A stretch of 62,320 nucleotides of DNA, filler included, from Rhabdomonas costata (taxonomy: Eukaryota), in NCBI GenBank assembly GCA_019059605.1. It is 25 parts of 25 records of this genome, joined end to end, with 100 filler letters (N's around TTAATTAATTAA, not from the genome) between each part and the next. Parts side by side here need not be neighbours in the genome. Positions count along the whole stretch, not along the records: positions 1 to 2,400 come from JAHMHO010003610.1; positions 2,501 to 4,900 come from JAHMHO010003611.1; positions 5,001 to 7,401 come from JAHMHO010003612.1; positions 7,502 to 9,901 come from JAHMHO010003613.1; positions 10,002 to 12,401 come from JAHMHO010003614.1; positions 12,502 to 14,900 come from JAHMHO010003615.1; 19 more parts are not named here. One strand, written 5' to 3'. The notes beneath the pieces are model-generated. The model did not search any database, was not told the origin of the DNA, and saw only the letters and a program-made list of their open reading frames with translations. Below are positions 1-12,736 of the stretch, one piece after another. Numbering within the stretch: position 1 is the first letter of the stretch; each line of letters starts with the position of its first letter. Both the position numbers and the translations under genes were made by a program.

Positions 1-9
1 TGTGGGGGT

Positions 10-173
10 TGGAAACTTGACCTGCCCTGGAGGAGGAAAGAACCGTAACCAAATTACCCATGAGCGCGGTAGTCACCCCTCCGTAATCGGAGTAAAATAG
101 GATGCTGTGTCCTCCTTCCTCATGGGTAATTTGGTTACGGTTCTTTCCTCCTCCAGGGCAGGTCAAGTTTCCA
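10..173. repeat. Perfect 55-bp inverted repeat (10-64 / 119-173) at contig start; probable amplification fold-back
   Basis: tggaaacttgacctgccc...acccatgag is the exact reverse complement of ctcatggg...caagtttcca. Confidence 0.9.
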
Positions 174-287
174 TCCCCCGCCACCAGAACAGGGTTCGGG
201 CTTGCATCGTTTTTCAAGAGCTGCCAAGTCATTGGCGCATGAGTGTGATTATGATAATTATGATGATACCTGGCTTCTCACCTACAG

Positions 288-992
288 GCTGCCCAGGACC
301 ACAGCGAGTGTCCCTCCGTGTGTACTGTCTCCAGCCAAGACAGCGCACCACGGAGTGCGCTGAAGAGAGGCACCTCCGTGGGGCCCAGCTGCGGCAGCAC
401 CTCCTCCATCCCCTACGCTCCCTCCTCGCCCCGTAGCGTGGGGCCGGAGGCTCCCGGGGTGGAGGATCGCTCCACAGCACCCGCCGCGGCCCACCGTGTC
501 AGCTTCGCCACCACTTCAAAGCACGGGGACTACCCTCGGACGCTGACACGGGTCAGAGCAAGGTTGGTAGGATCCGGTGGCTTCCCTTGCGCAACCCGTT
601 AGCTGCCTTTCGTTCTCATTCTTATAAAAGTTCCACCATGAGGGGACAACACAATTTCAATGTTAACCAATTGACAATTTAAACAAATTGAATCGATTTA
701 AAAAGGCCGCAATGGAAATACAATACAAACGCGCTCTCTCAATCGCTCGTCAAGTCCTGTTTCCTCTTGATGATGAATGGATGCCTCGAAACTACTTCAC
801 TGTAATGAGAGTATGTCCCTCCCAGCCATTGATCCGCGGGGTTAAGGGTAATGAGATGCCAATCTCTCTAGTCCCTTGTTTGATGTGACCTGCTCTCCAG
901 GAGCCTTATTGGGCAATTCATGGAAGTCTTCCGCCACCCCAGTGGACTGTCCGACCGAAAGCCCAGGAGCTCCGCAGCTCTGCAGAAGCTTA
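288..992 (+). CDS. Probable 3' exons of an unknown Ser/Pro-rich protein (exons ~288-551 and ~900-992)
   Basis: cctacag acceptor, GC-rich open frame AAQDHSECPSV...AHRVSFATT...RTLTR, GT donor; next ctccag acceptor gives a short frame to TAA. No recognisable domain. Confidence 0.35.
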
Positions 993-2400
993 AGCGGCTG
1001 CTTTCATGCCACCAGCGTGCCCCAGAGACCGAGCTGCGCCCCGTGGGGCCGCTGTAAGTCTGAAGATACATCCAGATGCTACATCCATGGCCTGTGAGCG
1101 CTGTGTAAGTATTAGCTTGTTTACCTCTGATCACCTTCTGGGGGTATCCAGAGCGTCAGTTCGCAGTGTGCTTCCTGTTCGGGTACATTCCCCAAAATAT
1201 TATCTTTTTCAGCCCGCCACGCCTTGTCCTGAACCGGAAGTAGACGAGGTGCGGTGGTGAGGAATGCATATATCACTATCGGCGATAGCTGACCTCTGCG
1301 GGAAGGCGGGAAGACTTTCCTAGGTCCTGCAGCTCAACTCCTCACCCCTCACCTCAACTTTTCGTTCGGAGAGTGGCCTTCTATTTTTCTGGACGTAGCG
1401 CATATTTTTTGGGCTTTGGTTGATTTTGCATCATACCGTTCTTTTTACTTGTGTCCTTTCATATCTGCGGTGTGGCTGTGTTCTGGCACACCGATGGAGC
1501 CTTTGCCCCATGTTGTTGTAGCTGGAGGAGACGATTCTCGGGCTCAATACAAAAACATTCGTTTCCCTCCACAATTCCCAGTCGTTCCCTTTTTCCTTTT
1601 CCGTTTTCTTTCGTGATTTGCACCTTCCCTAGCTTGGTCCGTTTTTTCGTTGCTTTACCCCACACACACACACACCCCATGACTTTTCCTTGGTTTCATT
1701 TCGGTATGTGGGTGCACTTGCGTGGGTACATCGGCATCTTCTTTTAGGCGCGCAGAGCGAGAGGTTTTGTCTCCTTAGCCGGCGCTGTCTAACCACGCGC
1801 TTCATCTCTACCTATCTCCTTCCAATCATTATGGTGTCAACCAATGTGCCTGTGTTTTCTGCATAGAAAAGAAGTGGTGTTGTGAAGGTTGTCTTCGGCC
1901 ATGGCTTCATGAGTTCCGAGGGCCGGTCGTCTTCCCTTCGGAACTTGGGATGACCATGCTCGAGCCCCAACCGAAGCCCAGCTTTTTGCGTGTATTCCAT
2001 CTTTGGTCGCCTTAGCCTGTTCTCTCCTTCTGTGCTTGATCCTGCTTTGTCACCACCCTCAACAGACCCATAGACCAGGCACAAACACCCGCGCCCCCTC
2101 CCTCAGTCCTTCCTCCCGGGAAGCGACTCGGACGCACTGCTGCGCGGGAATCTTGCTGGACGTTGGCGCTCTGAGAGCGTGTGTGTTTGTGTGTGTGGAT
2201 CCCCATTGATTGCAGAGGTCGATTCGCAGCAATCGCACTGCATGTATTGCACAATACAATGTGTACGATCTCCTTTTCTCCTTCTTTCTCTTTTCTTTGC
2301 GGCAGCATTTGGCGTGCCGCATGAGAGCCGGTGAGGCGGAATGCATTCCGGGACGGAGGTTGCTCTCACAGATCATACATGGGTCGCCGCTAGCAAACAA

Positions 2401-2500
2401 NNNNNNNNNNNNNNNNNNNNNNNNNNNNNNNNNNNNNNNNNNNNTTAATTAATTAANNNNNNNNNNNNNNNNNNNNNNNNNNNNNNNNNNNNNNNNNNNN
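2401..2500. other. Artificial contig-joining linker N44-TTAATTAATTAA-N44 (first of 24). Others start at 4901, 7402, 9902, 12402, 14901, 17400, 19898, 22397, 24894, 27391, 29885, 32383, 34880, 37376, 39871, 42365, 44860, 47354, 49849, 52347, 54842, 57335, 59830
   Basis: Identical 100-nt spacer with a six-frame stop palindrome recurs about every 2.5 kb. Contigs are near-identical in size (~2390-2400 nt), as expected for a length-sorted concatenation. Confidence 0.99.
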
Positions 2501-2632
2501 AGACAGATTGTGATGGGGCCGAAGGGAGTTTCAGACTGTTGGAGGAAGCAGGAGCAGTTTGTGTGGGCGAATGAATTGAATGCTGTCTATTACAATTCAC
2601 AATACGAGTTGCACGGGTCTGCGGGGTCACAG

Positions 2633-4900
2633 GTGGAGGAGTTCGTGTCCTACTTGCAGTTCCACCAGGTCTGCCATCCGTCCCTACCACACCTGTTCTC
2701 AACCTCGTGATTAATTGGCATATGGTGCGGTGGGTTGTTGGGGGTAGTGTCTTGAGAGTCTTGGACCCCACCCAATGGGTGAGGATGGGAATATCAAGCT
2801 TTTGCATAGATCCGACAGACAGCTTACCAGGGGGATTGCTAGCTTGCTCATTAATGCCGTTATGTGGCTCAGGCGTCAAAGATGGAAGTTCTTGCTGTGA
2901 AGGGGAGGGCTTTTCAATCGCGCCGCTTGTGAGCGTTCCTATGAGTGGTTGGGTGGGATGTGCAGCACATCACTGAGCGCATCGAGGGAATCGAGCAAGA
3001 GTTCGAGAACATCAAGGAGACCTACATGCTGGCGGACATGGAAGGGGTCCACGTATGTTCCCAACTCACCCCCCCTTCCCTTCCTGCCCTGCAGCCTGGA
3101 TCGTCTCTTCCTCCTTATTTCTACTTCTTGGACGCACCCTAAAGGTCACGAGTTTTTCATCCATGGTTTTGCATATCGATATTTTGGTGTCTCACCCAGG
3201 GGTTTTGGTTTGGCTTGTTGGAAAGTTGGGAGTCGATTTAATCTCTTGTCTCCTTCATGGTGCCTCCCACAGGTCGCGCAGGAGGACAACCTGGCCTTCC
3301 AGTCTGGAACGGTGCCGCTGATGCAGAAGCTGCGGCTGGCGATTACCTTCGCCGATGACTCCAAGGAGGCCAACATCCGTAAGTTCGCCGCGGAGATTGA
3401 CGGTGTGTATGTGTATAAGTTGGTTGTGGGAAGGTTGGTGTCCCAGAAGAGATCTCTAATCACCCCACGTTGGGCTGGTCGTGCACGGTGAGATGACTGG
3501 CTGGCTGACCAACTGACTGATCCTAGCGGTGAGTGGGTGGCCGCCCTAAAAATCGCTTTCTTCTTTCAAACGGCACGAGACGTACTGCCCGAGAAGTCAG
3601 CGGGATGGGGAAAGTTTTTTGTTTGCATTTTGGCAAAGTGTTCGAGGTGCGTCGATGTTACCACCGTGTAGGCAGGATGTTAGGGAAGAGGAATCAGTAG
3701 GAACGGACGAATCGGGTGCCGCCGACAAGGGATGACTGTGAAATGAGGAGGTTGGAAGACACACCACCTTCTGAGGCACAACTGTACAACTGTCCTTCTT
3801 CGTTGTGACAGTGTTTTCTTTTTGTACATTCAAATTCCCTTTCTCTCTTCAGAGCGCCTGACTCAGCTGAAGGCTCGCGTGGATGACGTCCACTCTCGGG
3901 CTGAGAACCAGATCATCAGCGACGAGGAGGCCAACATGGAAGAGGCTCGCCAACCTTCCCCACACCCCCACCCACGCTCTCCATATTTTGCCCCGTTTTG
4001 TCGTACTGCACTGACCCCGTTTTTTATTAGTAACGAGAGTTTCCCTCAGATGCCCGCTCGGGCCGTGCCACGTCAGCCTCCTTCCGGCTTGTCGGCCAAA
4101 GCCCTAAAATGATAGTTCTTCCTTAAGTAAAAAAAAGGTCAGAAACGCGCAGAAGAGTCTCCTTTCCAGCGCATGACCGTTTAACGGCGATCTTTCTCTC
4201 CCTTTTATGTACGTGTCTTCTCTTCCGTGTGTGGTGTGTGTGGTTCTCCTCGCACAGGTCATCACGTACGTCACAGACTTGCAGAAGGAGCTGGAGCAGA
4301 TCAAGCAGACCGAGAAGACCCTCACGGGGTACCAGGAGCTCTTCGGAGTGGACATCTCTCGGCTGGAGGTCATCTTCGAGGTCATCACCGACGTCAACAA
4401 CAAGGTCTTTCGTTTTTTTCTTGCCGCTTGCCCAATGCCCGCAGACCCCGTTTTGCAACAACCACTGAGGACAAAAGTCCCGTCAGTGGCGAGGCACTTT
4501 GTGTTTAGCGCATCAGCCTTTAAAAAGAAGCGGAGGAATTTTGATGTGATTCCCCCAGAGATCCAGCAGATGATAAGCACGGTATGCAGGGAAGCGATGA
4601 ACATTTTCCTATTGACGCATTATTTTTAATGGAGACGGCACGACACCCCCACCCCCCCTTACGGTAAGGTCTCAAAGGCAGGAAGAGAAGCCGCAGAGGC
4701 TGCGCGCCAGCAACCACCTTCCCAAAGGTCAATACGATGTGACAGTCAATTTACAAACACACGGACGAACCATACACACCGCAGGTCAAGTTATGGACCG
4801 GGCTTCGGGACTGGATTGGGCTTACCCGGCTCTGGAACGAGACAGTGTTCCAGAAGATCAACCCCGACGACGTGGGCAACGAGCTGCAGAAGTACGTCAA
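2633..4900 (+). CDS. Dynein heavy chain, tail into DHC_N2 region, partial; exons 2633-2668, 2966-3052, 3273-3402, 3853-3944, 4258-4404, 4785-4900
   Basis: Exons splice in frame: VEEFVSYLQFHQ/HITERIEGIEQEFENIKETY.../...EKTLTGYQELFGVDISRLEVIFEVITDVNNK/VKLWTGLRDWIGLTRLWNETVFQKINPDDVGNELQKYV. The YQELFG...LW....W......W....F pattern is typical of the start of DHC_N2 in axonemal dyneins. Confidence 0.85.
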
Positions 4901-5059
4901 NNNNNNNNNNNNNNNNNNNNNNNNNNNNNNNNNNNNNNNNNNNNTTAATTAATTAANNNNNNNNNNNNNNNNNNNNNNNNNNNNNNNNNNNNNNNNNNNN
5001 GCACATGTTTCAGTTCAAAACATCTGCCTTGATCATGAACCACTGAGACGCTTTAGCTT

Positions 5060-5700
5060 CAGAAAATGGCACATCAACAGGCAATGGTTCATATCTGTGG
5101 CGCAGGACCTGAGTGTTGTGGCAGCGATAGACTGTGCACAAGAGCTTGCAGAGACCGAGAGCGCTGGCTAAACTGCATTTACCACGGAGAAAAGGGGCCT
5201 GATTTTATTGCTCAACTCCATGACCTGAACACATTTCTTCAAACTGCATGTGTTTTGTGTCCCACAAGAGTATGGACCACGCACACAAACAGTGCAGTTG
5301 GCTGCAGTCACCTCCGAGTGACATGTAAAGTTGGCATGAAGCCACTCTTTTACTGCACACCAATTAGGTCGTCTGTGGTTTAGCTCACTTTATGTGCGCA
5401 GGACCAAGAGTTATGTGCACGAAATCACATTATGTAGAAGCTGTATTATAGTCATGTATGAGTGCAGTCAAATGCGAACGTTGCAGCTTTGAGAGCACAT
5501 ATCGGAAAACAGCAGTATTCAGTACAAGTGAAAGGCAAATGTATATTGAAGTGGGCAACAACTTCAGTGGTCAATACTGAATCTAGTGGGTAACGCTTTT
5601 AATTCTGCATCTTGTGTAATGCAAAATGAAATTGAAAGCATCAAACATGTCATTGAGAACAGTTAAGTGACGGTTTTGAAAAGACAAAGACATCACCTGG
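5060..5700 (+). mobile_element. Possible highly decayed hAT-family transposase remnant
   Basis: VLCPTRVWTT resembles the hAT LCPTRW motif and upstream AMVHIC resembles the A.y.HC box; AT-rich, frameshifted, no intact ORF. Confidence 0.3.
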
Positions 5701-7532
5701 AGGTACAAGACCGCTTTAAAGTGCTACGTCTGCATGAATAGATATCCGGCTGCGTGTAGCATAACAACTGCACCATGCGTAGCTGCGGTAACTGTAATTA
5801 ATACAACTGCTAAAACTTGGCATCACACACAGAATAACTGAAATCAACCGGAAACGTTCCAGTAACCTTGCTTGATGATCTCCATTCAGCAAAAGATTCT
5901 GGTAGTTCTTGCAAACGACACAAGCAAATACCACCTGCAAGTCCTTTGGAGTATGCTTTCCGTGGAAAAACATCCACAACGTTATAGGCACTTACATCTT
6001 CCAAGTATCCCCAGATGCGGCTGTAGAGTAAAGTAATGGTATAGTGGTGTATACGGTAAGTTTTTGGTTCAGCAAAAAGCTGGTTGTCGACATCTGCCAG
6101 CTGTACCGCACTTCATCGTCAAATCCTGGTTGAATGAGCACGTAGTTTGACGTCGCCATCAAAATTTCCAAAGCCGTGGAAAGTTTTGTGGTGCCGCGGT
6201 TCTGCGCCCGGTGTATACACCTCTACCGCATATGTGGTTCATCCGTCACAATAGCTCACTTGTGTAGTTATAAGTGAAATTGTTCAGGATGTGTCGATGT
6301 GGCAACTCAGTGTGCGTTTCCATGGAAATCCAACGTGAGAGAGAATAAAAATGGCCAGATTATCTGAAAACCACCAATAGGGCAACACAACAGGTTGTCT
6401 CCTCTAATTTCCTCCAAACACTTCTCTTGTGTTTGATTGTAGCGTGCAAAAACAGAGATTATGTGCTCTCGGAGACGTTAATCATTTAAACCAAAAAGTT
6501 GTTTGTTTTTAAAAACTGCGCATTTTCTCCAAAATGAACACTGGCACCACATGTGCTGGAAGTTTGTGTGATATATTACAGTCGTTAATGCCCACAAGTT
6601 TTTATTGGAGTTTAGCAGTTGGCATACTTTAAATATGCACAAAAGGCTATAAATTCTATAAAATAGATCAAAATAGTATTACATGATACAATTTTACTTT
6701 GTATATATTAGTGGACTATTTCAAACAAGTTTGCACATAAAAGACACTTCATCACAAACAAACTCTGATACTGAATTTAAAAATTACAATCTCTACGCAA
6801 TACCAACCATTTACTGACATCTGCTCAATTAAAAATCTAAAACATCGACAATGCGTGCTGTAAAGCTTGAAAACAATCAGTGTGCCTATTTAAAGAGAAT
6901 ATGTATTTCCAAAATCTGATTTTAAATCTGCCATTGGCAACAGAAAAAGTCAAAATTGAATTAATTTGCATTAGTGCAAACACGAGTATGCACGTTATCA
7001 TAATGTAAATCAAGTGGGAAAATGCACAAAAACAATTTTATGCCCTTTCAGTTACAACTACTACATATGAGCGACTAAAATGAGATGCACAACAACTGGA
7101 ATAGAATCACAAAGAGTCTTTGTTGGCGTACCATTGAGACGTTAGGAGCTTCCAATATGAACTATTCGCACTAGCCAATAACTTTTAGAACTACAGTGCA
7201 TCAATGCGCAGTTTAAGCAAGAAGTCTGCAATAGAAAAGCATATTTTTATAACGTTTTCGCATTTAGCAAAACGCCATTTTTATCAGTGTATGTATCGTG
7301 GAGCAGATATAAACCTATGAGCAAGCATATGCACCGTAATTTGCGGATAATGTACATATGTCAGAAAGAGGGGAAACCACTTGACGTCTACACAACACAC
7401 CNNNNNNNNNNNNNNNNNNNNNNNNNNNNNNNNNNNNNNNNNNNNTTAATTAATTAANNNNNNNNNNNNNNNNNNNNNNNNNNNNNNNNNNNNNNNNNNN
7501 NACAGAGAACGCAGGGGGGGGGGGTTTGTGAC

Positions 7533-9805
7533 CTGTGCGGGGTACGAGAACTTCTTGTCGGCCCCCGTGAACCCCGGCATCGCAAGCGCCTTTGCAATCA
7601 CGGCGCTCCAGTCGTAGTCCTGGTACTCGTCCCCAAGGTGGGCCAGCCCGGTCCACCCCACGGGGCCCATCGTGAATAGCCGGTCCGCGTAGCTGGGCTG
7701 GGGCTGGGTAATGCAATTCGTGGTCATCACAATGGACCCCGGGAAGTGAGGGAACTGCGAGGGGCGGTGCGTGCGTTGAGCGGAGAGCTCTAACCGCTGG
7801 TTTTCTGCGCTTGTAAACTGTGAATGTGCGGGAATCTTGTGGCTAAGTATTGGACGAAAACTAGGTGACAGCCAGGGTGCTCATCCTCAGCGACCGCTGA
7901 CGAGCGCGCCCTTGGCCACAGGATCACGACAGCGATCTTCGAAGCCAACGGTGGTGTGAGTTAACACCTGATCGCTGACATGTCGTAACATCCCTTCTGC
8001 CAAACATATCCCGGGACTTTGTCGCTAGCTGCTGTCCCACCAGCTACTCGATCTGTTCCATTGCTGCTCGGTGTGTGCGTGTGTGCCTGCCTGTGCGTTT
8101 CTGATGAATAGATGAGTACCTTTGAATTCACCAACATCGAACTTTCCCGCAAAATCCAAGGAAACTCTCTGAAAGCAGGGCGCACCTCGACGGACTGGCG
8201 GTTCCACGGGCCCCCGAAGTGCCCGTAGAGGTTTCCATAGGCCTTCAGTGCGGGGTAGGCGTGGCACGGCAGCATCTCCCCATGGGTGTACACCTTGATC
8301 CCGGTCTTCGCGGTGGCGCGCAACAGGGAGTCCAGCATCACCAGGTCGTGCCCGGAGACCAAAATGCACTTCCCCGGGGTGGGGGTGGCGGGTACCTCTG
8401 TGGGCTGAGGCGTACCTGCGGTGGCGGAGAAAGGAAGGTAGGGATTCCTGAGAACTTGCTCAGGCTGTAGGCTGCCTGATAGAACCCAAGATTCACGTTG
8501 TTGTGAGAGGCACGGCACTACTAATGGTCCAGCATGAGGACATCTGCGGAAATGAATTGCATCCCTACTTTGCTAGCACTTTCCAAACAGTATCAAGAAA
8601 TGGGAAAAGGCTGGCCATGCGCCATGAGCTTCACACATCTCAAAGTTACTCTCTAATCCAACTAACATCGTGATAACATCGTGGCACAAAAAAGTCGTCG
8701 TATTCATCCAGATCAACAGTCTTTGGTCCGGGAATCCCGTTTTGTCAAGAACCGTGAACACCCCGGCAGCCAATCACAACTTGAACAACGACAACGCCAA
8801 GGAGATAAAGACAGCACCCATTGCAGAGAGAACTCAGCGCACCAAAGCTGCTGTTGCACTCGTACAGGAGCTGCATCACCCGCACATTGGTGCTGCCACA
8901 GCGCATGCACGCGTCCAGCATCTTTCCCATGTCCGTCCTCTCCGGGCTGGCCAGCAGGGCGCAGGCCTCATTGAAGAACTGGTACACCGCGGCGTCCTCC
9001 TTGTTCCGTCCCCGGGCGTGGTCCGCGTAGGCCGCCATTCCCTTTTGAGAATCGCACCTCAACGGCACTTGCGCACCACAATCCACCAGCACCTTTCAGC
9101 CCAAGCTTTGCGCCTCCTTCCTGGATTAACTTTGCGTGTATCACTGTGCGTCCGTTTGTTGCAAAAGTCTAGGCGCACTCCGGATACGATTAATTCACTG
9201 TGCAGACAAGAGCTCCAGAAAGGGTGAGAACTAGGCGAACCGAATTCCGACATCGAGCTTATTATGTTAAGTCCATCCTGGGCCTACACCTTCCAGAATA
9301 ATTTCTACCGCTTCATTGGGGATAACCTGCAAGATGGAACCACCACCAAAACGCCTGGCCTGGACAGCGATGCAAAAATGCAGAGTTACCTGCCCCAGAG
9401 TGATCATTTTCAGATTGATTCAATAAACATTTCCATGCGGTCATCCAGTGGTACAGCACTGCCACAGGGACTCCATCCTCTGTATCGTTTCACGGTACAA
9501 AAAGACGAAGCTGGCATAGAACTGCGAAAGCATCCTTCAACAAACAAAGCGCAAACTGATCCCTTCGAGGCTAAAAAAAAACAGTCTCAAGGCACCTTCA
9601 TGCCGTACATCAGCAGCTGTGCCAGGCTCTCCGCGGCCTCGTCGGGGTTCTGCTGGAACTGCTCCAGCACCCCCACCATCTTGCCCTCCTGGACGAGGTC
9701 CGCCTCCAGGCCCTGCAACAGCACGGACTCCTTCGGCGGCAGCAGAGCAGGGCGCTGCACAGGCACTCCTTTCGCTGCGCAGGCCGCTTCGTACGCCGCC
9801 CTTGC
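7533..9805 (-). CDS. hcp: Hybrid cluster protein (prismane / hydroxylamine or NO reductase), internal fragment; exons 9805-9596, 9041-8843, 8415-8186, 7754-7533
   Basis: GT-AG exons join in frame: LLMYGMK/GMAAYADHA...; GKCILVSGHDL; IKVYTHGEMLPCHAYPALK; FPGSIVMTTNC; YADRLFT..PVGW.G - diagnostic HCP motifs including His, Glu and Cys cluster ligands. Confidence 0.95.
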
Positions 9806-10152
9806 CTGAGCGAAGACACACCACCGCAACCCTCAAAAACGGGATCGCGGGACAGATCGCAAATGCCAATACCCACTCACCCCACCACCCCCCCCAACCA
9901 CNNNNNNNNNNNNNNNNNNNNNNNNNNNNNNNNNNNNNNNNNNNNTTAATTAATTAANNNNNNNNNNNNNNNNNNNNNNNNNNNNNNNNNNNNNNNNNNN
10001 NTGGTTTGTTTTCCGTTTCCCAATTCCCATTCCTGAACTCTGCTTCGTGACCCTATAACGTAACTTCTTCTGCGAATACTTCCAAGGAAGAGTTTTGTTT
10101 TCATATCATTCTCCTCTCTTCTCCGCTTCTCCCTCTCAAACGCACCAAACAG

Positions 10153-11706
10153 GTGAACAACTGGAGCGTCGTCCCAGATATCATCACTTGTGCCAAGGGG
10201 TTGACCTCCGCGTACCTTCCTTTGGGTTGCGTGCTGCTCAGCGAGAAAATCGCGAAGCACTTCGACGACAAGGTGTTCTATGGAGGTCTCCACACACATT
10301 CACTCATCAGTGGACGCACCATTTTTTCGCCGGTAATGGTTGTACTTTTATTGAAAGAAAGGAGGAGTGGATCGTTGCCTTGTAAAGCAAGACTGAATAG
10401 GAAGATCTTTTATTGCTGGTGAGGTGCTGAGTGTCGATGCTGGCTGTGGGATTTTGGCTTATGCTGCATCTTCTTCTCTTGCTGGAGTTCGTTTCGGCTC
10501 CTTGCAGTTAGGTGTGCAGGCTTGCCGCATTTTCCTTTCAGGACTGACGTACCATGGCCACCCAATGTGTCTGGCTGCGGCCACTGCTACGCTCAAGGTT
10601 TTGACCTTTTGCCCCTGCCCCCCCGCCCCCCCCCCCGGGGGGCAAACAAGCAAACAGAGTTCGAATCGCAGGCATATGAGTGCAGTGAATGGCGGAATCA
10701 GGAGGAGGCTTCTGAAAAGCAAACGCAGCAGAAAGAGAGCGGTCATAAATTGTTTCTGTGCAGCTGCCCTTCCCGTGGCCGCAGGTTATGGCAGAGGAGG
10801 ATACCATCGGCAACGCTCAGCGCATGGGCAAGGTGCTGTCCTCTCTGCACCAGGAGATGAAGCAGAAGCACCCCTGCGTGGGCGATGTCCGCAGCATCGG
10901 GTTGTTCGGGTGCCTTGAGCTGGTGAAGAACCGCAAGACGAAGGAGCCTCTGTGCCCGTTCAACGGTACGTGCGTGCTCGCGGAATTGCAATGCGTCAAA
11001 AAAGTTGCATCCCTTGGAGTTCTATGCAGCGTTGTTTCAAGTCGTTTCTGTGCTCTGTGATGGTGTGTGAGTTTTGCTCATCGACCCCTTTGTGACATTG
11101 CTTTTTGAAAGCGGGCTGTCAGCAACAGCGAAGGGATCTTTTTTTAGGAACTCACTCCGTCCCTTCACCGTGCGCGAGGTTGCGAACTCTTTCCTGCCCC
11201 CCCCCTCGATATTCACCTTTGCGCTGCGGCGCTGTTCATGATGCCGTGAGTAGCGTTCGCTATCCGTGAGTAGAGTCTCAACCATGGACATAAAAGTGTT
11301 TCCATCACCTTTCTCTTACAGAACCCGTTCGTTGGTGAAACTGAGCGTCATGCACGTTACCCTGGAATGACGACAGAATGCTAGCACGCTGAGCTTCGGT
11401 GTCTCAATGAGAGCAGTACTCATGGCCCCGCTGCTGTAGCCGTCCTCGGCCCATGTTTGTCCGCTCATGCCTTTCAGGTCACGACGTCCGTCATTTCCAT
11501 CATTCCCTTTCCTAAAAATTAAAAAAGGGACTTCACCCGCAGTGCAGGAGGTGGCGGCCTACCTCCGCGCCAACGGGGTGTACGCCTTCCAGCACTGGCA
11601 CTTCCTGCACACCAACCCCCCGCTGTGCATCACGGAGCCCCAACTCCGCGAGGGGTTTGAGGTCATTGATAAGGCCCTCTCGCTGGCCGACAAACACGTC
11701 GCGTAA
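10153..11706 (+). CDS. PLP-dependent class-III aminotransferase, C-terminal half; exons 10153-10285, 10542-10597, 10785-10965, 11528-11706
   Basis: PDIITCAKGLTSAYLPLG (PLP lysine), GGLTYHGHPMCLAAA, VGDVRSIGLFGCLELV, NPPLCITE, stop TAA; all junctions GT-AG and phase-compatible. Confidence 0.92.
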
Positions 11707-12736
11707 GGAGAGAGGGGAAGTGGGGGTCAAATCTTTTTGCTTTGCTGTGTCGAAGGGAAGCTCCGTAGCGGAAACTCTATTTGATTTGGCGTTTGGGTAC
11801 AGACTTTCTCCGTTTGGGTCTCTGCATTCATGATCTGTTTGACACACGACATTGTCAAACGCACAATTTCCCTGCGCTGTGTACAGTAGACATCTCTTAC
11901 CAGTCTGTGCACGGTATCTTGTGGGGTTTTCTGTGGCTTCAACGTTCTGCAGTGCGGGTGCTGCTATATTGCTATGCTTCGGGCAGCTCTAGAAGCTGCA
12001 AATATCAGAAACACAACTGGAGAATGGTCTCAAGTTTCAAACGTCAGATTGAAATCCTGGGAATGAGAAGACATTGAGCAATTAAGGTGTCTTTTAGACT
12101 TCCCGTCTTTGGAAACCGCAAGGCTCAAGCAATAATAGCGCTTTAGCAATAATGTGGCGACGACACCAGGATCGGATGGCTCCACCTTTTTTTGTGCCCC
12201 TGTCCTCAGAAGTGTTCCGTTCCGGCTTATTGGTTTTGTTGTTTGTACAGTGATCCACTCCGCCATGTTTTGAGTGTTCTTGCGGGCTTCGGACCTTCAT
12301 GGAAAAGCTCCCTTCTTCTCCGGGATCCCCGCTGGACGCCCCTGAAGATTGCTGCGTTGCAGCCTCAAACGGTGCCCCGGAGGTGATCCCACCCCACACA
12401 CNNNNNNNNNNNNNNNNNNNNNNNNNNNNNNNNNNNNNNNNNNNNTTAATTAATTAANNNNNNNNNNNNNNNNNNNNNNNNNNNNNNNNNNNNNNNNNNN
12501 NGTTTCTGATCTGCAAAGTGGACTACCCCAGGGATGGCGTGATGAGTTCGTCTTTTTTGTCGTTGTCCTGTCAGAATCATGTCCTGCTGACACCTCTCCT
12601 GACGCTTTTTCTTGGAAGGCGAGTGCTCACTCTCGGGGTTTTTTTTTTTCATTCTCATGCCTATTTCCCCTATCACCCCTTAGACTCACTCTTTGATCTG
12701 TTTTGTTTACCCCTTTTCTTAAGACGGCTCTCACAG

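Noticed and set aside
10-173. Terminal hairpins as MITEs or euglenid non-conventional intron stems
   Set aside because: All four long hairpins abut contig ends with primer-like termini, so an artefact is more parsimonious.
6120-6165. KLRAHSTR (minus strand) as a tyrosine-recombinase motif
   Set aside because: Isolated short match followed almost immediately by stops, with no other YR motifs.
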